Below are positions 20,401 to 35,400 of a stretch of DNA of 64,000 bases, one piece after another. The notes under the pieces are model-generated. The model was not told where the DNA came from. It saw only the letters and a list, made by a program, of their open reading frames with translations, and ran no database searches. Numbering within the stretch: position 1 is the stretch's first letter; each line of letters opens with the position of its first letter. This DNA comes from Neoechinorhynchus agilis (Eukaryota > Animalia > Acanthocephala): assembly GCA_051530055.1 (NCBI GenBank), contig CM121342.1, positions 468,797 through 532,796 on the forward strand. Reading direction: 5' to 3'. A program made the translations under genes and the position numbers.

Positions 20401-23400
20401 CATGATCGTATACGTGAACCTGTTGGTATTAATTTATCTTTTTATATTCATTGTCATCTTGGTATTCATGTAACTCTTGTTATTGCTTCACATAATGGTA
20501 TTCGTTCGTGTGTTAGTAATCGTGTACCTCATGGTGTTCAATCGCATGATCGTATACGTAAACCTGTTGGTATTAATTCATCTTTTTATATTCATTGTCC
20601 TTTTGGTATTCATGTAACTCTTGTTATTCCTTCACATAATGGTATTCGTTCGTGTGTTAGTATTCGTGTACCTCATGGTGTTGGTTCGCATGATCGTATA
20701 CGTGAACCTGTTGGTAATAATTTATCTTTTTATATTCATTGTCCTTTTGGTATTCATGTAACTCTTGTTATTGCTTCGCATAATGGTGGTCGTTCGTGTG
20801 TTAGTATTCGTGTACCTCATGGTGTTCATTAGCATGATCGTATACGTGAACCTGTTGGTATTAATTCATCTTTTTATATTCATTGTCCTTTTGGTATTCA
20901 TTTAACTCTTGTTATTGCTTCATATAATGGTATTCGTTCATGTGTTGGTATTCGTGTACCTAATGGTGTTCATTTGCATGATCGTATACGTGAGCCTGTT
21001 GGTATTAATTCATCTTTTTGTATTGATTGTCCTTTTGGTATTGATGTAACTCTTGTTATTGCTTCACATAATGGTATTCGTTCGTGTGTTAGTATTCGTG
21101 CACCTCATGGTGATCATTCGCATGATCGTATACGTAAACCTGTTGGTATTAATCCATCTTTATATATTCATTGTCCTTTTGGTATTCATGTAACTCTTGT
21201 TATTGCTTCACACAATGGTATTCGTTCGTGTGTTAGTATTCGTGTACCCCATGGTGTTCATTCGCACGATCGTATACGTGAACCTGTTGGTATTAATTCA
21301 AATTTTATAATCATTGTCCTTTTGGTATTCATGTAACTCTTGTTATTGCTTCACATAATGGTATTCGTTCGTGTGTTAGTATTCGTGTACCTCATGGTGT
21401 TCATTCGCATGATCGTATACGTGAACCTGTTGGTATTAATCCATCTTTTTATATTCATTGTCCTTTTGGTATTCATGTAACTCTTGTTGTTTCTTCACAT
21501 AATGGTATTCGTTCGTGTGTTAGTATTCGTGTACCTCATGGTGTTCAATCGCATGATCGTATACGTAAACCTGTTGGTATTAATTCATCTTTTTATAATC
21601 ATTGTCTTTTGGCATTCATGTAACTCTTGTCATTGCTTCACATAATCGTATTCGTTCGTTTGTTAGTATTCGTGTACCACATGGTGTTCATTCGCATGAT
21701 CGTATACGTAAACCGGTTGGTATTAATTCATCTTTTTATATTCATTGTCCTTTTGGTATTCATGTAACTCTTGTTATTGCTTCACACAATGGTATTCGTT
21801 CGTATGTTAGTATTCGTGTACCACATGGTGTTAACTCGTATGATAGTATACGTGAACCTGTTGGTATTAATTCATCTTTTTATATTCATTGTCCTTTTGG
21901 AATTCATGTAACTCTTGTAATTGCTTCACATAATGGTATTCGTTCGTGTGTTAGTATTCGTGTACCTAATGGTGTTCACTCGAATGATCGTATACGTGAA
22001 CCTGTTGGTATTAATTCATCTTTTTATTTTAATTGTCCTTTTGGTATTCATGTAACTCTTGTTATTGCTTCACATAATGGTATTCGCTCGTGTGTTAGTA
22101 TTCGTGTACCTCATGGTGTTAACTCGCACGATCGTATACGTGAACCTGTTGGTATTAATTAATCTTTTTATATTCATTGTCCTTTTGGTATTATTGCAAC
22201 TCTTATTATTGCTTCACATAATGGTATTCGTTCGTCTGTTAGTATTCGTGTACCTCATGGTGATCATTCGCATGATCGTATACGTAAACCTGTTGGTATT
22301 AATTCATCTTTTTTTATTCATTGTCCTTTTGGTATTAATGTAACTCTTGTTATTGCTTCACATAATGGTATTCGTTCGTGTTAGTATTCATGTACCTTGT
22401 AGTGTTCATTCGAATGATCGTATACATGAACCTGTTGGTATTAATTCATCTTTTTATGTTCACTGTCCTTTTGGTATTCATGTAACTCTTGTTATTGCTT
22501 CACATAATTGTATTCGTTCGTATGTTAGTATTCGTGTACCTCATGGTGTTCACTCGCATGATCGTATACGTAAACCTGTTGGTATTAATTCATCTTTTTA
22601 TATTCATTGTCCTCTTGGTATTCATGTAACTCTTGTTATTGCTTCACATAATGGTATTCGATCGTGTGTTAGTATTCGTGTACCTAATGGTGTTCATTAG
22701 CATGATCGTATACGTGAACCTGTTGGTATAAATTCATCTTTTTATATTCATTGTCCTTTTGGTATTATTGCAACTCTTATTATTGCTACACATAATGGTA
22801 TTCGTTCGTGTGTTAGTATTCGTGTACGTGATGGTTTTCACTCGAATGATCCTATACGTAAACCTGCTCGCATTAATCCATCTTTTTATGTTCACTGTCC
22901 TTTTGGTATTCATGTAACTCTTGTTATTGCTTCACATAATTGTATTCGTTCGTGTGTTAGTATTCGTGTACCTCATGGTGTTCACTCGCATGATCGTATA
23001 CGTAAACCTGTTGGTATTAATTCATCTTTTTATATTCATTGTCCTCTTGGTATTCATGTAACTCTTGTTATTGCTTCGCATAATGGTGGTCGTTCGTGTG
23101 TTAGTATTCGTGTACCTCATGGTGTTCATTAGCATGATCGTATACGTGAACCTGTTGGTATTAATTCATCTTTTTATATTCATTGTCCTTTTGGTATTCA
23201 TGTAACTCTTGTTATTGCTTCACATAATGGTATTCGTTCGTGTGTTAGTATTCGTGTACCTAATGGTGTTCATTTGCATGATCGTATACGTGAGCTTGTT
23301 GGTATTAATTCATCTTTTTATATTCATTGTCCTTTTGGTATTGATGTAACTCTTGTTATTGCTTCACATAATGGTATTCGTTCGTGTGTTAGTATTCGTG

Positions 23401-26400
23401 TACCCCATGGTGTTCATTCGCATGATCGTATACGTGAACCTGTTGGTATTAATTCAAATTTTATAATCATTGTCCTTTTGGTATTATTGCAACTCTTATT
23501 ATTGCTTCACATAATGGTATTCGTTCGTCTGTTAGTATTCGTGTACCTCATGGTGATCATTCGCATGATCGTATACGTAAACCTGTTGGTATTAATTCAT
23601 CTTTTTTTATTCATTGTCCTTTTGGTATTAATGTAACTCTTGTTATTGCTTCACATAATGGTATTCGTTCGTGTTAGTATTCATGTACCTTGTAGTGTTC
23701 ATTCGAATGATCGTATACATGAACCTGTTGGTATTAATTCATCTTTTTATGTTCACTGTCCTTTTGGTATTCATGTAACTCTTGTTATTGCTTCACATAA
23801 TTGTATTCGTTCGTGTGTTAGTATTCGTGTACCTCATGGTGTTCACTCGCATGATCGTATACGTAAACCTGTTGGTATTAATTCATCTTTTTATATTCAT
23901 TGTCCTCTTGGTATTCATGTAACTCTTGTTATTGCTTCACATAATGGTATTCGATCGTGTGTTAGTATTCGTGTACCTAATGGTGTTCATTAGCATGATC
24001 GTATACGTGAACCTGTTGGTATAAATTCATCTTTTTATATTCATTGTCCTTTTGGTATTATTGCAACTCTTATTATTGCTACACATAATGGTATTCGTTC
24101 GTGTGTTAGTATTCGTGTACGTGATGGTTTTCACTCGAATGATCCTATACGTAAACCTGCTCGCATTAATCCATCTTTTTATGTTCACTGTCCTTTTGGT
24201 ATTCATGTAACTCTTGTTATTGCTTCACATAATTGTATTCGTTCGTGTGTTAGTATTCGTGTACCTCATGGTGTTCACTCGCATGATCGTATACGTAAAC
24301 CTGTTGGTATTAATTCATCTTTTTATATTCATTGTCCTCTTGGTATTCATGTAACTCTTGTTATTGCTTCGCATAATGGTGGTCGTTCGTGTGTTAGTAT
24401 TCGTGTACCTCATGGTGTTCATTAGCATGATCGTATACGTGAACCTGTTGGTATTAATTCATCTTTTTATATTCATTGTCCTTTTGGTATTCATGTAACT
24501 CTTGTTATTGCTTCACATAATGGTATTCGTTCGTGTGTTAGTATTCGTGTACCTAATGGTGTTCATTTGCATGATCGTATACGTGAGCCTGTTGGTATTA
24601 ATTCATCTTTTTATATTCATTGTCCTTTTGGTATTGATGTAACTCTTGTTATTGCTTCACATAATGGTATTCGTTCGTGTGTTAGTATTCGTGTACCCCA
24701 TGGTGTTCATTCGCATGATCGTATACGTGAACCTGTTGGTATTAATTCAAATTTTATAATCATTGTCCTTTTGGTATTCATGTAACTCTTGTTATTGCTT
24801 CACATAATGGTATTCGTTCGTGTGTTAGTATTCGTGTACCCCATGGTGTTCATTCGCATGATCGTAAACGTGAACCTGTTGGTATTAATTCATCTTTTTA
24901 TAATCATTGTCCTTTTGGTATTTATGTAACACTTTATATTGCTTCACATAATGGTATTCGTTCGTGTTAGTATTCGTGTACCTCATGGTGTTCAATCGCA
25001 TGATCGTATACGTAAACCTGTTGGTATTAATTCATCTTTTTATAATCATTGTCCTTTTGGTATTGATGTAACTCTTGTTATTGCTTCACATAATGGTATT
25101 CGTTCGTGTGTTAGTATTCGTGCACCTCATGGTGATCATTCGCATGATCGTATACGTAAACCTGTTGGTATTAATCCATCTTTATATATTCATTGTCCTT
25201 TTGGTATTCATGTAACTCTTGTTATTGCTTCACACAATGGTATTCGTTCGTGTGTTAGTATTCGTGTACCCCATGGTGTTCATTCGCACGATCGTATACG
25301 TGAACCTGTTGGTATTAATTCAAATTTTATAATCATTGTCCTTTTGGTATTCATGTAACTCTTGTTATTGCTTCACATAATGGTATTCGTTCGTGTGTTA
25401 GTATTCGTGTACCTCATGGTGTTCATTCGCATGATCGTATGCGTAAACCCGTTGGTATTAATCCATCTTTTTATATTCATTGTCCTTTTGGTATTCATGT
25501 AACTCTTGTTATTGCTTTACATAATGGTATTCGTTCGTGTGTTAGTATTCGTGTACCTCATGGTGTTCACTCGAATGATCGTATACGTGAACCTGCTGGT
25601 ATTAATCCATCTTTTTATATTCATTGTCGTTTTGGTATTCATGTAACTCTTGTTATTGCTTCACATAATGGTATTCGTTCGTGTGTTAGTATTCGTGTAC
25701 CTCATGGTGTTCATTAGCATGATCGTATACGTGAACCTGTTGGTATTAATTTATCTTTTTATATTCATTGTCATCTTGGTATTCATGTAACTCTTGTTAT
25801 TGCTTCACATAATGGTATTCGTTCGTGTGTTAGTATTCGTGTACCTCATGGTGTTCATTCGCATGATCGTATGCGTAAACCCGTTGGTATTAATCCATCT
25901 TTTTATATTCATTGTCCTTTTGGTATTCATGTAACTCTTGTTATTGCTTTACATAATTGTATTCGTTCGTGTGTTAGTATTCGTGTACCTCATATTGTTC
26001 ACTCGCATGATCGTATACGTAAACCTGTTGGTATTAATTCATCTTTTTATATTCATTGTCCTCTTGGTATTCATGTAACTCTTGTTATTGCTTCGCATAA
26101 TGGTGGTCGTTCGTGTGTTAGTATTCGTGTACCTCATGGTGTTCATTAGCATGATCGTATACGTGAACCTGTTGGTATTAATTCATCTTTTTATATTCAT
26201 TGTCCTTTTGGTATTCATGTAACTCTTGTTATTGCTTCACATAATGGTATTCGTTCGTGTGTTAGTATTCGTGTACCTAATGGTGTTCATTTGCATGATC
26301 GTATACGTGAGCCTGTTGGTATTAATTCATCTTTTTATATTCATTGTCCTTTTGGTATTCATGTAACTCTTGTTATTGCTTCACACAATGGTATTCGTTC

Positions 26401-29400
26401 GTATGTTAGTATTCGTGTACCACATGGTGTTAACTCGTATGATAGTATACGTGAACCTGTTGGTATTAATTCATCTTTTTATATTCATTGTCCTTTTGGA
26501 ATTCATGTAACTCTTGTAATTGCTTCACATAATGGTATTCGTTCGTGTGTTAGTATTCGTGTACCTAATGGTGTTCACTCGAATGATCGTATACGTGAAC
26601 CTGTTGGTATTAATTCATCTTTTTATTTTAATTGTCCTTTTGGTATTCATGTAACTCTTGTTATTGCTTCACATAATGGTATTCGCTCGTGTGTTAGTAT
26701 TCGTGTACCTCATGGTGTTAACTCGCACGATCGTATACGTGAACCTGTTGGTATTAATTAATCTTTTTATATTCATTGTCCTTTTGGTATTATTGCAACT
26801 CTTATTATTGCTTCACATAATGGTATTCGTTCGTCTGTTAGTATTCGTGTACCTCATGGTGATCATTCGCATGATCGTATACGTAAACCTGTTGGTATTA
26901 ATTCATCTTTTTTTATTCATTGTCCTTTTGGTATTAATGTAACTCTTGTTATTGCTTCACATAATGGTATTCGTTCGTGTTAGTATTCATGTACCTTGTA
27001 GTGTTCATTCGAATGATCGTATACATGAACCTGTTGGTATTAATTCATCCTTTTATATGTTCACTGTCCTTTTGGTATTCATGTAACTCTTGTTATTGCT
27101 TCACATAATTGTATTCGTTCGTATGTTAGTATTCGTGTACCTCATGGTGTTCCTCGCATGATCGTATACGTAAACCTGTTGGTATTAATTTATCTTTTTA
27201 TATTCATTGTCCTCTTGGTATTCATGTAACTCTTGTTATTGCTTCACATAATGGTATTCGATCGTGTGTTAGTATTCGTGTACCTAATGGTTTTCATTAG
27301 CATGATCGTATACGTGAACCTGTTGGTATAAATTCATCTTTTTATATTCATTGTCCTTTTGGTATTATTGCAACTCTTATTATTGCTACACATAATTGTA
27401 TTCGTTCGTGTGTTAGTATTCGTGTACGTGATGGTTTTCACTCGAATGATCCTATACGTAAACCTGCTCGCATTAATCCATCTTTTTATGTTTACTGTCC
27501 TTTTGGTATTCATGTAACTCTTGTTATTGCTTCACATAATTGTATTCGTCGTGTGTTAGTATTCGTGTACCTCATTGTGTTCACTCGCATGATCGTATAC
27601 GTAAACCTGTTGGTATTAATTCATCTTTTTATATTCATTGTCCTCTTGGTATTCATGTAACTCTTGCTATTGCTTCGCATAATGGTGGTCGTTCGTGTGT
27701 TAGTATTCGTGTACCTCATGGTGATCATTCGCATGATCGTATACGAAAACCTGTTGGTATTAATCCATCTTTATATATTCATTGTCCTTTTGGTATTCAT
27801 GTAACTCTTGTTATTGCTTCACATAATGGTATTCGTTCGTGTGTTAGTATTCGTGTACCCCATGGTGTTCATTCGCATGATCGTATACGTGAACCTGTTG
27901 GTATTAATTCAAATTTTATAATCATTGTCCTTTTGGTATTCATGTAACTCTTGTTATTGCTTCACATAATGGTATTCGTTCGTGTGTTAGTATTCGTGTA
28001 CCCCATGGTGTTCATTCGCATGATCGTAAACGTTTACCTGTTGGTATTAATTCATCTTTTTATAATCATTGTCCTTTTGGTATTTATGTAACACTTTATA
28101 TTGCTTCACATAATGGTATTCGTTCGTGTGTTAGTATTCGTGAACCTCATGGTGTTCAATCGCATGATCGTATACGTAAACCTGTTGGTATTAATTCATC
28201 TTTTTATAATCATTGTCCTTTTGGTATTGATGTAGCTCTTGTTATTGCTTCACATAATGGTATTCGTTCGTGTGTTAGTATTCGTGCACCTCATGGTGAT
28301 CATTCGCATGATCGTATACGTAAACCTGTTGGTATTAATCCATCTTTATATATTCATTGTTCTTTTGGTATTCATGTAACTCTTGTTATTGCTTCACACA
28401 ATGGTATTCGTTCGTGTGTTAGTATTCGTGTACCCCATAGTCTTCATTCGCACGATCGTATACGTGAACCTGTTGGTATTAATTCAAATTTTATAATCAT
28501 TGTCCTTTTGGTATTCATGTAACTCTTGTTATTGCTTCACTCGCATGATCGTATGCGTAAACCCGTTGGTATTAATCCATCTTTTTATATTCGTTGTCGT
28601 TTTGGTATTCATGTAACTCTTGTTATTGCTTCACATAATGGTATTCGTTCGTGTGTTAGTAATCGTGTACCTCATGGTGTTCATTAGCATGATCGTATAC
28701 GTGAACCTGTTGGTATTAATTCATCTTTTTATATTCATTGTCCTTTTGGTATTCATGTAACTCTTGTTATTGCTTCACATAATAGTATTCGTTCGTGTGT
28801 TAGTATTCGTGTACCTAATGGTGTTCATTTGCATGATCGTATACGTGAGCCTGTTGGTATTAATTCATCTTTTTATATTCATTGTCCTTCTGGTATTCAT
28901 GTAACTCTTGTTATTGCTTCACACAATGGTATTCGTTCGTATGTTAGTATTCGTATACCACATGGTGTTAACTCGTATGATAGTATACGTGAACCTGTTG
29001 GTATTAATTCATCTTTTTATATTCATTGTCCTTTTGGAATTCATGTAACTCTTGTAATTGCTTCACATAATGGTATTCGTTCGTGTGTTAGTATTCGTGT
29101 ACCTAATGGTGTTCACTCGAATGATCGTATACGTGAACCTGTTGGTATTAATTCATCTCTTTATTTTAATTGTCCTTTTGGTATTCGTGTAACTCTTGTT
29201 ATTGCTTCACATAATGGTATTCGCTCGTGTGTTAGTATTCGTGTACCTCATGGTGTTAACTCGCACGATCGTATACGTGAACCTGTTGGTATTTATTAAT
29301 CTTTTTATATTCATTGTCCTTTTGGTATTATTGCAACTCTCATTATTGCTTCACATAATGGTATTCGTTCGTCTGTTAGTATTCGTGTACCTCATGGTGA

Positions 29401-32400
29401 TCATTCGCATGATCGTATACGTAAACCTGTTGGTATTAATTCATCTTTTTTTATTCATTGTCCTTTTGGTATTAATGTAACTCTTGTTATTGCTTCACAT
29501 AATGGTATTCGTTCGTGTTAGTATTCATGTACCTTGTAGTGTTCATTCGAATGATCGTATACATGAACCTGTTGGTATTAATTCATCTTTTTATGTTCAC
29601 TGTCCTTTTGGTATTCATGTAACTCTTGTTATTGCTTCACATAATTGTATTCGTTCGTATGTTAGTATTCGTGTACCTCATGGTGTTCACTCGCATGATC
29701 GTATACGTAAACCTGTTGGCATTAATTCATCTTTTTATAATCATTGTCCTCTTGGTATTCATGTAACTCTTGTTATTGCTTCACATAATGGTATTCGATC
29801 GTGTGTTAGTATTCGTGTACCTAATGGTTTTCATTAGCATGATCGTATACGTGAACCTGTTGGTATAAATTCATCTTTTTATATTCATTGTCCTTTTGGT
29901 ATTATTGCAACTCTTATTATTGCTACACATAATGGTATTCGTTCGTGTGTTAGTATTCGTGTACGTGATGGTTTTCACTCGAATGATCCTATACGTAAAC
30001 CTGCTCGCATTAATCAATCTTTTTATGTTCACTGTCCTTTTGGTATTCATGTAACTCTTGTTATTGCTTCACATAATTGTATTCGTTCGTGTGTTAGTAT
30101 TCGTGTACCTCATGGTGTTCACTCGCATGATCGTATACGTAAACCTGTTGGTATTAATTCATCTTTTTATATTCATTGTCCTCTTGGTATTCATGTAACT
30201 CTTGCTATTGCTTCGCATAATGGTGGTCGTTCGTGTGTTAGTATTCGTGTACCTCATGAGTGATCATTCGCATGATCGTATACGTAAACCTGTTGGTATT
30301 AATCCATCTTTATATATTCATTGTCCTTTTTGTATTCATGTAACTCTAGTTATTGCTTCACATAATGGTATTCGTTCGTGTGTTAGTATTCGTGTACCCC
30401 ATGAATTGTTCATTCGCATGATCGTATACGTGAACCTGTTGGTATTAATTCAAATTTTATAATCATTGTCCTTTTGGTATTCATGTAACTCTTGTTATTG
30501 CTTCACATAATGGTATTCGTTCGTGTGTTAGTATTCGTGTACCCCATGGTGTTCATTCGCATGATCGTAAACGTGAACCTGTTGGTATTAATTCATCTTT
30601 TTATAATCATTGTCGTTTTTGGTATTTGTAGCAACACTTTATATTGCTTCACATAATGGTATTCGTTCGTGTGTTAGTATTCGTGAACCTCATGGTGTTC
30701 AATCGCATGATCGTATACGTAAACCTGTTGGTATTAATTCATCTTTTATAATCATTGTCCTTTTGGTATTGATGTAGCTCTTGTTATTGCTTCACATAAT
30801 GGTATTCGTTCGTGTGTTAGTATTCGTGCACCTCATGGTGATCATTCGCATGATCGTATACATAAACCTGTTGAGTATTAATCCATCATTATATATTCAT
30901 TGTCCTTTTGGTATTCATGTAACTCTTGTTATTGCTTCACACAATGGTATTCGTTCTTGTGTTAGTATTCGTGTACCCCATGGTGTTTATTCGCACGATC
31001 GTATACGTGAACCTGTTGGTATTAATTCAAATTTTATAATCATTGTCCTTTTGGTACTCATGTAACTCTTGTTATTGCTTCACATAATGGTATTCGTTCG
31101 TGTGTTAGTATTCGTGTACCTCATGGTGTTCATTCGCATGATCGTATACGTGAACCTGTTGGTATTAATCCATCTTTTTATTTTCATTGTCCTTTTGGTA
31201 TTATTGTAACTCTCGTTATTGCTTTACATAATGGTATTCATTCGTGTGTTAGTATTCGTGTACCTCATGGTGTTCACTCGAATGATCGTATACGTGAACC
31301 TGCTGGTATTAATCCATCTTTTTATATTCGTTGTCGTTTTGTTATTCATGTAACTCTTGTTATTGCTTCACATAATGGTATTCGTTCGTGTGTTAGTATT
31401 CGTGTACCTCATGGTGTTCATTAGCATGATCGTATACGTGAACATGTTGGTATTAATTTATCTTTTTATATTCATTGTCATCTTGGTATTCATGTAACTC
31501 TTGTTATTGCTTCACATAATGGTATTCGTTCGTGTGTTAGTATTCGTGTACCTCATGGTGTTCATTCGCATGATCGTATGCGTAAACCCGTTGGTATTAA
31601 TCCATCTTTTTATATTCATTGTCCTTTTGGTATTCATGTAACTCTTGTTATTGCTTTACATAATTGTATTCGTTCGTGTGTTAGTATTCGTGTACCTCAT
31701 ATTGTTCACTCGCATGATCGTATACGTAAACCTGTTGGTATTAATTCATCTTTTTATATTCATTGTCCTCTTGGTATTCATGTAACTCTTGTTATTGCTT
31801 CGCATAATAATGGTCGTTCGTGTGTTAGTATTCGTGTACCTCATGGTGTTCATTAGCATGATCGTATACGTGAACCTGTTGGTATTAATTCATCTTTTTA
31901 TATTCATTGTCCTTTTGGTATTCATGTAACTCTTGTTATTGCTTCACATAATGGTATTCGTTCGTGTGTTAGTATTCGTGTACCTAATGGTGTTCATTTG
32001 CATGATCGTATACGTGAGCCTGTTGGTATTAATTCATCTTTTTTTATTCATTGTCCTTTTGGTATTAATGTAACTCTTGTTATTGCTTCACATAATGGTA
32101 TTCGTTCGTGTTAGTATTCATGTACCTTGTAGTGTTCATTCGAATGATCGTATACATGAACCTGTTGGTATTAATTCATCTTTTTATGTTCACTGTCATT
32201 TTGGTATTCATGTAACTCTTGTTATTGCTTCACATAATTGTATTCGTTCGTATGTTAGTATTCGTGTACCTCATGGTGTTCACTCGCATGATCGTATACG
32301 TAAACCTGTTGGTATTAATTCATCTTTTTATATTCATTGTCCTCTTGGTATTCATGTAACTCTTGTTATTGCTTCACATAATGGTATTCGATCGTGTGTT

Positions 32401-35400
32401 AGTATTCGTGTACCTAATGGTGTTCATTAGCATGATCGTATACGTGAACCTGTTGATATAAATTCATCTTTTTATATTCATTGTCCTTTTGGTATTATTG
32501 CAACTCTTATTATTGCTACACATAATGGTATTCGTTCGTGTGTTTGTATTCGTGTACGTGATGGTTTTCACTCGAATGATCCTATACGTAAACCTGCTCG
32601 CATAAATCAATCTTTTTATGTTCACTGTCCTTTTGGTATTCATGTAACTCTTGTTATTGCTTCACATAATTGTATTCGTTCGTGTGTTAGTATTCGTGTA
32701 CCTCATGGTGTTCACTCGCATGATCGTATACGTAAACCTGTTGGTAATAATTCATCTTTTTATATTCATTGTCCTCTTGGTATTCATGTAACTCTTGTTA
32801 TTGCTTCGCATAATGGTGGTCGTTCGTGTGTTAGTATTCGTGTACCTCATGGTGTTCATTAGCATGATCGTATACGTGAACCTGTTGGTATTAATTCATC
32901 TTTTTATATTCATTGTCCTTTTGGTATTCATGTAACTCTTGCTATTGCTTCACATAATGGTATTCGTTCGTGTGTTAGTATTCGTGTACCTAATGGTGTT
33001 CATTTGCATGATCGTATACGTGAGCTTGTTGGTATTAATTCATCTTTTTATATTCATTGTCCTTTTGGTATTGATGTAACTCTTGTTATTGCTTCACATA
33101 ATGGTATTCGTTCGTGTGTTAGTATTCATCTACCTCATGGTGATCATTCGCATGATCGTATACGTAAACCTGTTGGTATTAATCCATCTTTATATATTCA
33201 TTGTCCTTTTGGTATTCATGTAACTCTTGTTATTGCTTCACACAATGGTATTCGTTCGTGTGTTAGTATTCGTGTAGCCCATGGTGTTCATTCGCATGAT
33301 CGTATACGTGAACCTGTTGGTATTAATTCAAATTTTATAATCATTGTCCTTTTGGTATTCATGTAACTCTTGTTATTGCTTCACATAATGATATTCGTTC
33401 GTGTGTTAGTATTCGTGTACCCCATGGTGTTCATTCGCATGATCGTAAACGTGAACCTGTTGGTATTAATTCATCTTTTTATAATCATTGTCCTTATGGT
33501 ATTTATGTAACACTTTATGTTGCTTCACATAATGGTATTCGTTCGTGTGTTAGTATTCGTGTACCTCATGGTGTTCAATCGCATGATCGTATACGTAAAC
33601 CTGTTGGTATTAATTCATCTTTTTATAATCATTGTCCTTTTGGTATTGATGTAACTCTTGTTATTGCTTCACATAATGGTATTCGTTCGTGTGTTAGTAT
33701 TCGTGCACCTCATGGTGATCATTCGCATGATCGTATACGTAAACCTGTTGGTATTAATTTATCTTTTTATATTCATTGTCATCTTGGTATTCATGTAACT
33801 CTTGTTATTGCTTCACATAATGGTTTTCGTTCGTGTGTTAGTATTCGTGTACCTCATGGTGTTCATTCGCATGATCGTTTGCGTAAACCCGTTGGTATTA
33901 ATCCATCTTTTTATATTCATTGTCCTTTTGGTATTCATGTAACTCTTGTTATTGCTTTACATAATTGTATTCGTTCGTGTGTTAGTATTCGTGTACCTCA
34001 TATTGTTCACTCGCATGATCGTATACGTAAACCTGTTGGTATTAATTCATCTTTTTATATTCATTGTCCTCTTGGTATTCATGTAACTCTTGTTATTGCT
34101 TCGCATAATGGTGGTCGTTCGTTTGTTAGTATTCGTGTACCTCATGGTGTTCATTAGTATGATCGTATACGTGAACCTGTTGGTATTAATTCATCTTTTT
34201 ATATTCATTGTCCTTATGGTATTCATGTAACTCTTGTTATTGCTTCACATAATGGTATTCGTTCGTGTGTTAGTATTCGTGTACCTAATGGTGTTCATTT
34301 GCATGATCGTATACGTGAGCCTGTTGGTATTAATTCATCTTTTTATATTCATTGTCCTTTTGGTATTCATGTAACTCTTGTTATTGCTTCACACAATGGT
34401 ATTCGTTCGTATGTTAGTATTCGTGTACCACATGGTGTTAACTCGTATGATAGTATACGTGAACCTGTTGGTATTAATTCATCTTTTTATATTCATTGTC
34501 CTTTTGGTATTCATGTAACTCTTGTAATTGCTTCACATAATGGTATTCGTTCGTGTGTTAGTATTCGTGTACCTAATGGTGTTCACTCGAATGATCGTAT
34601 ACGTGAACCTGTTGGTATTAATTCATCTTTTTATTTTAATTGTCCTTTTGGTATTCATGTAACTCTTGTTATTGCTTCACATAATGGTATTCGCTCGTGT
34701 GTTAGTATTCGTGTACCTCATGGTGTTAACTCGCACGATCGTATACGTGAACCTGTTGGTATTAATTAATCTTTTTATATTCATTGTCCTTTTGGTATTA
34801 TTGCAACTCTTATTATTGCTTCACATAATGGTATTCGTTCGTCTGTTAGTATTCGTGTACCTCATGGTGACATTCGCATGATCGTATACGTAAACCTGTT
34901 GGTATTAATTCATCTTTTTTTATTCATTGTCCTTTTGGTATTAATGTAACTCTTGTTATTGCTTCACATAATGGTATTCGTTCGTGTTAGTATTCATGTA
35001 CCTTGTAGTGTTCATTCGAATGATCGTATACATGAACCTGTTGGTATTAATTCATCTTTTTATGTTCACTGTCCTTTTGGTATTCATGTAACTCTTGTTA
35101 TTGCTTCACATAATTGTATTCGTTCGTATGTTAGTATTCGTGTACCTCATGGTGTTCACTCGCATGATCGTATACGTAAACCTGTTGGTATTAATTCATC
35201 TTTTTATATTCATTGTCCTCTTGGTATTCATGTAACTCTTGTTATTGCTTCACATAATGGTATTCGATCGTGTGTTAGTATTCGTGTACCTAATGGTGTT
35301 CATTAGCATGATCGTATACGTGAACCTGTTGGTATAAATTCATCTTTTTATATTCATTGTCCTTTTGGTATTATTGCAACTCTTATTATTGCTACACATA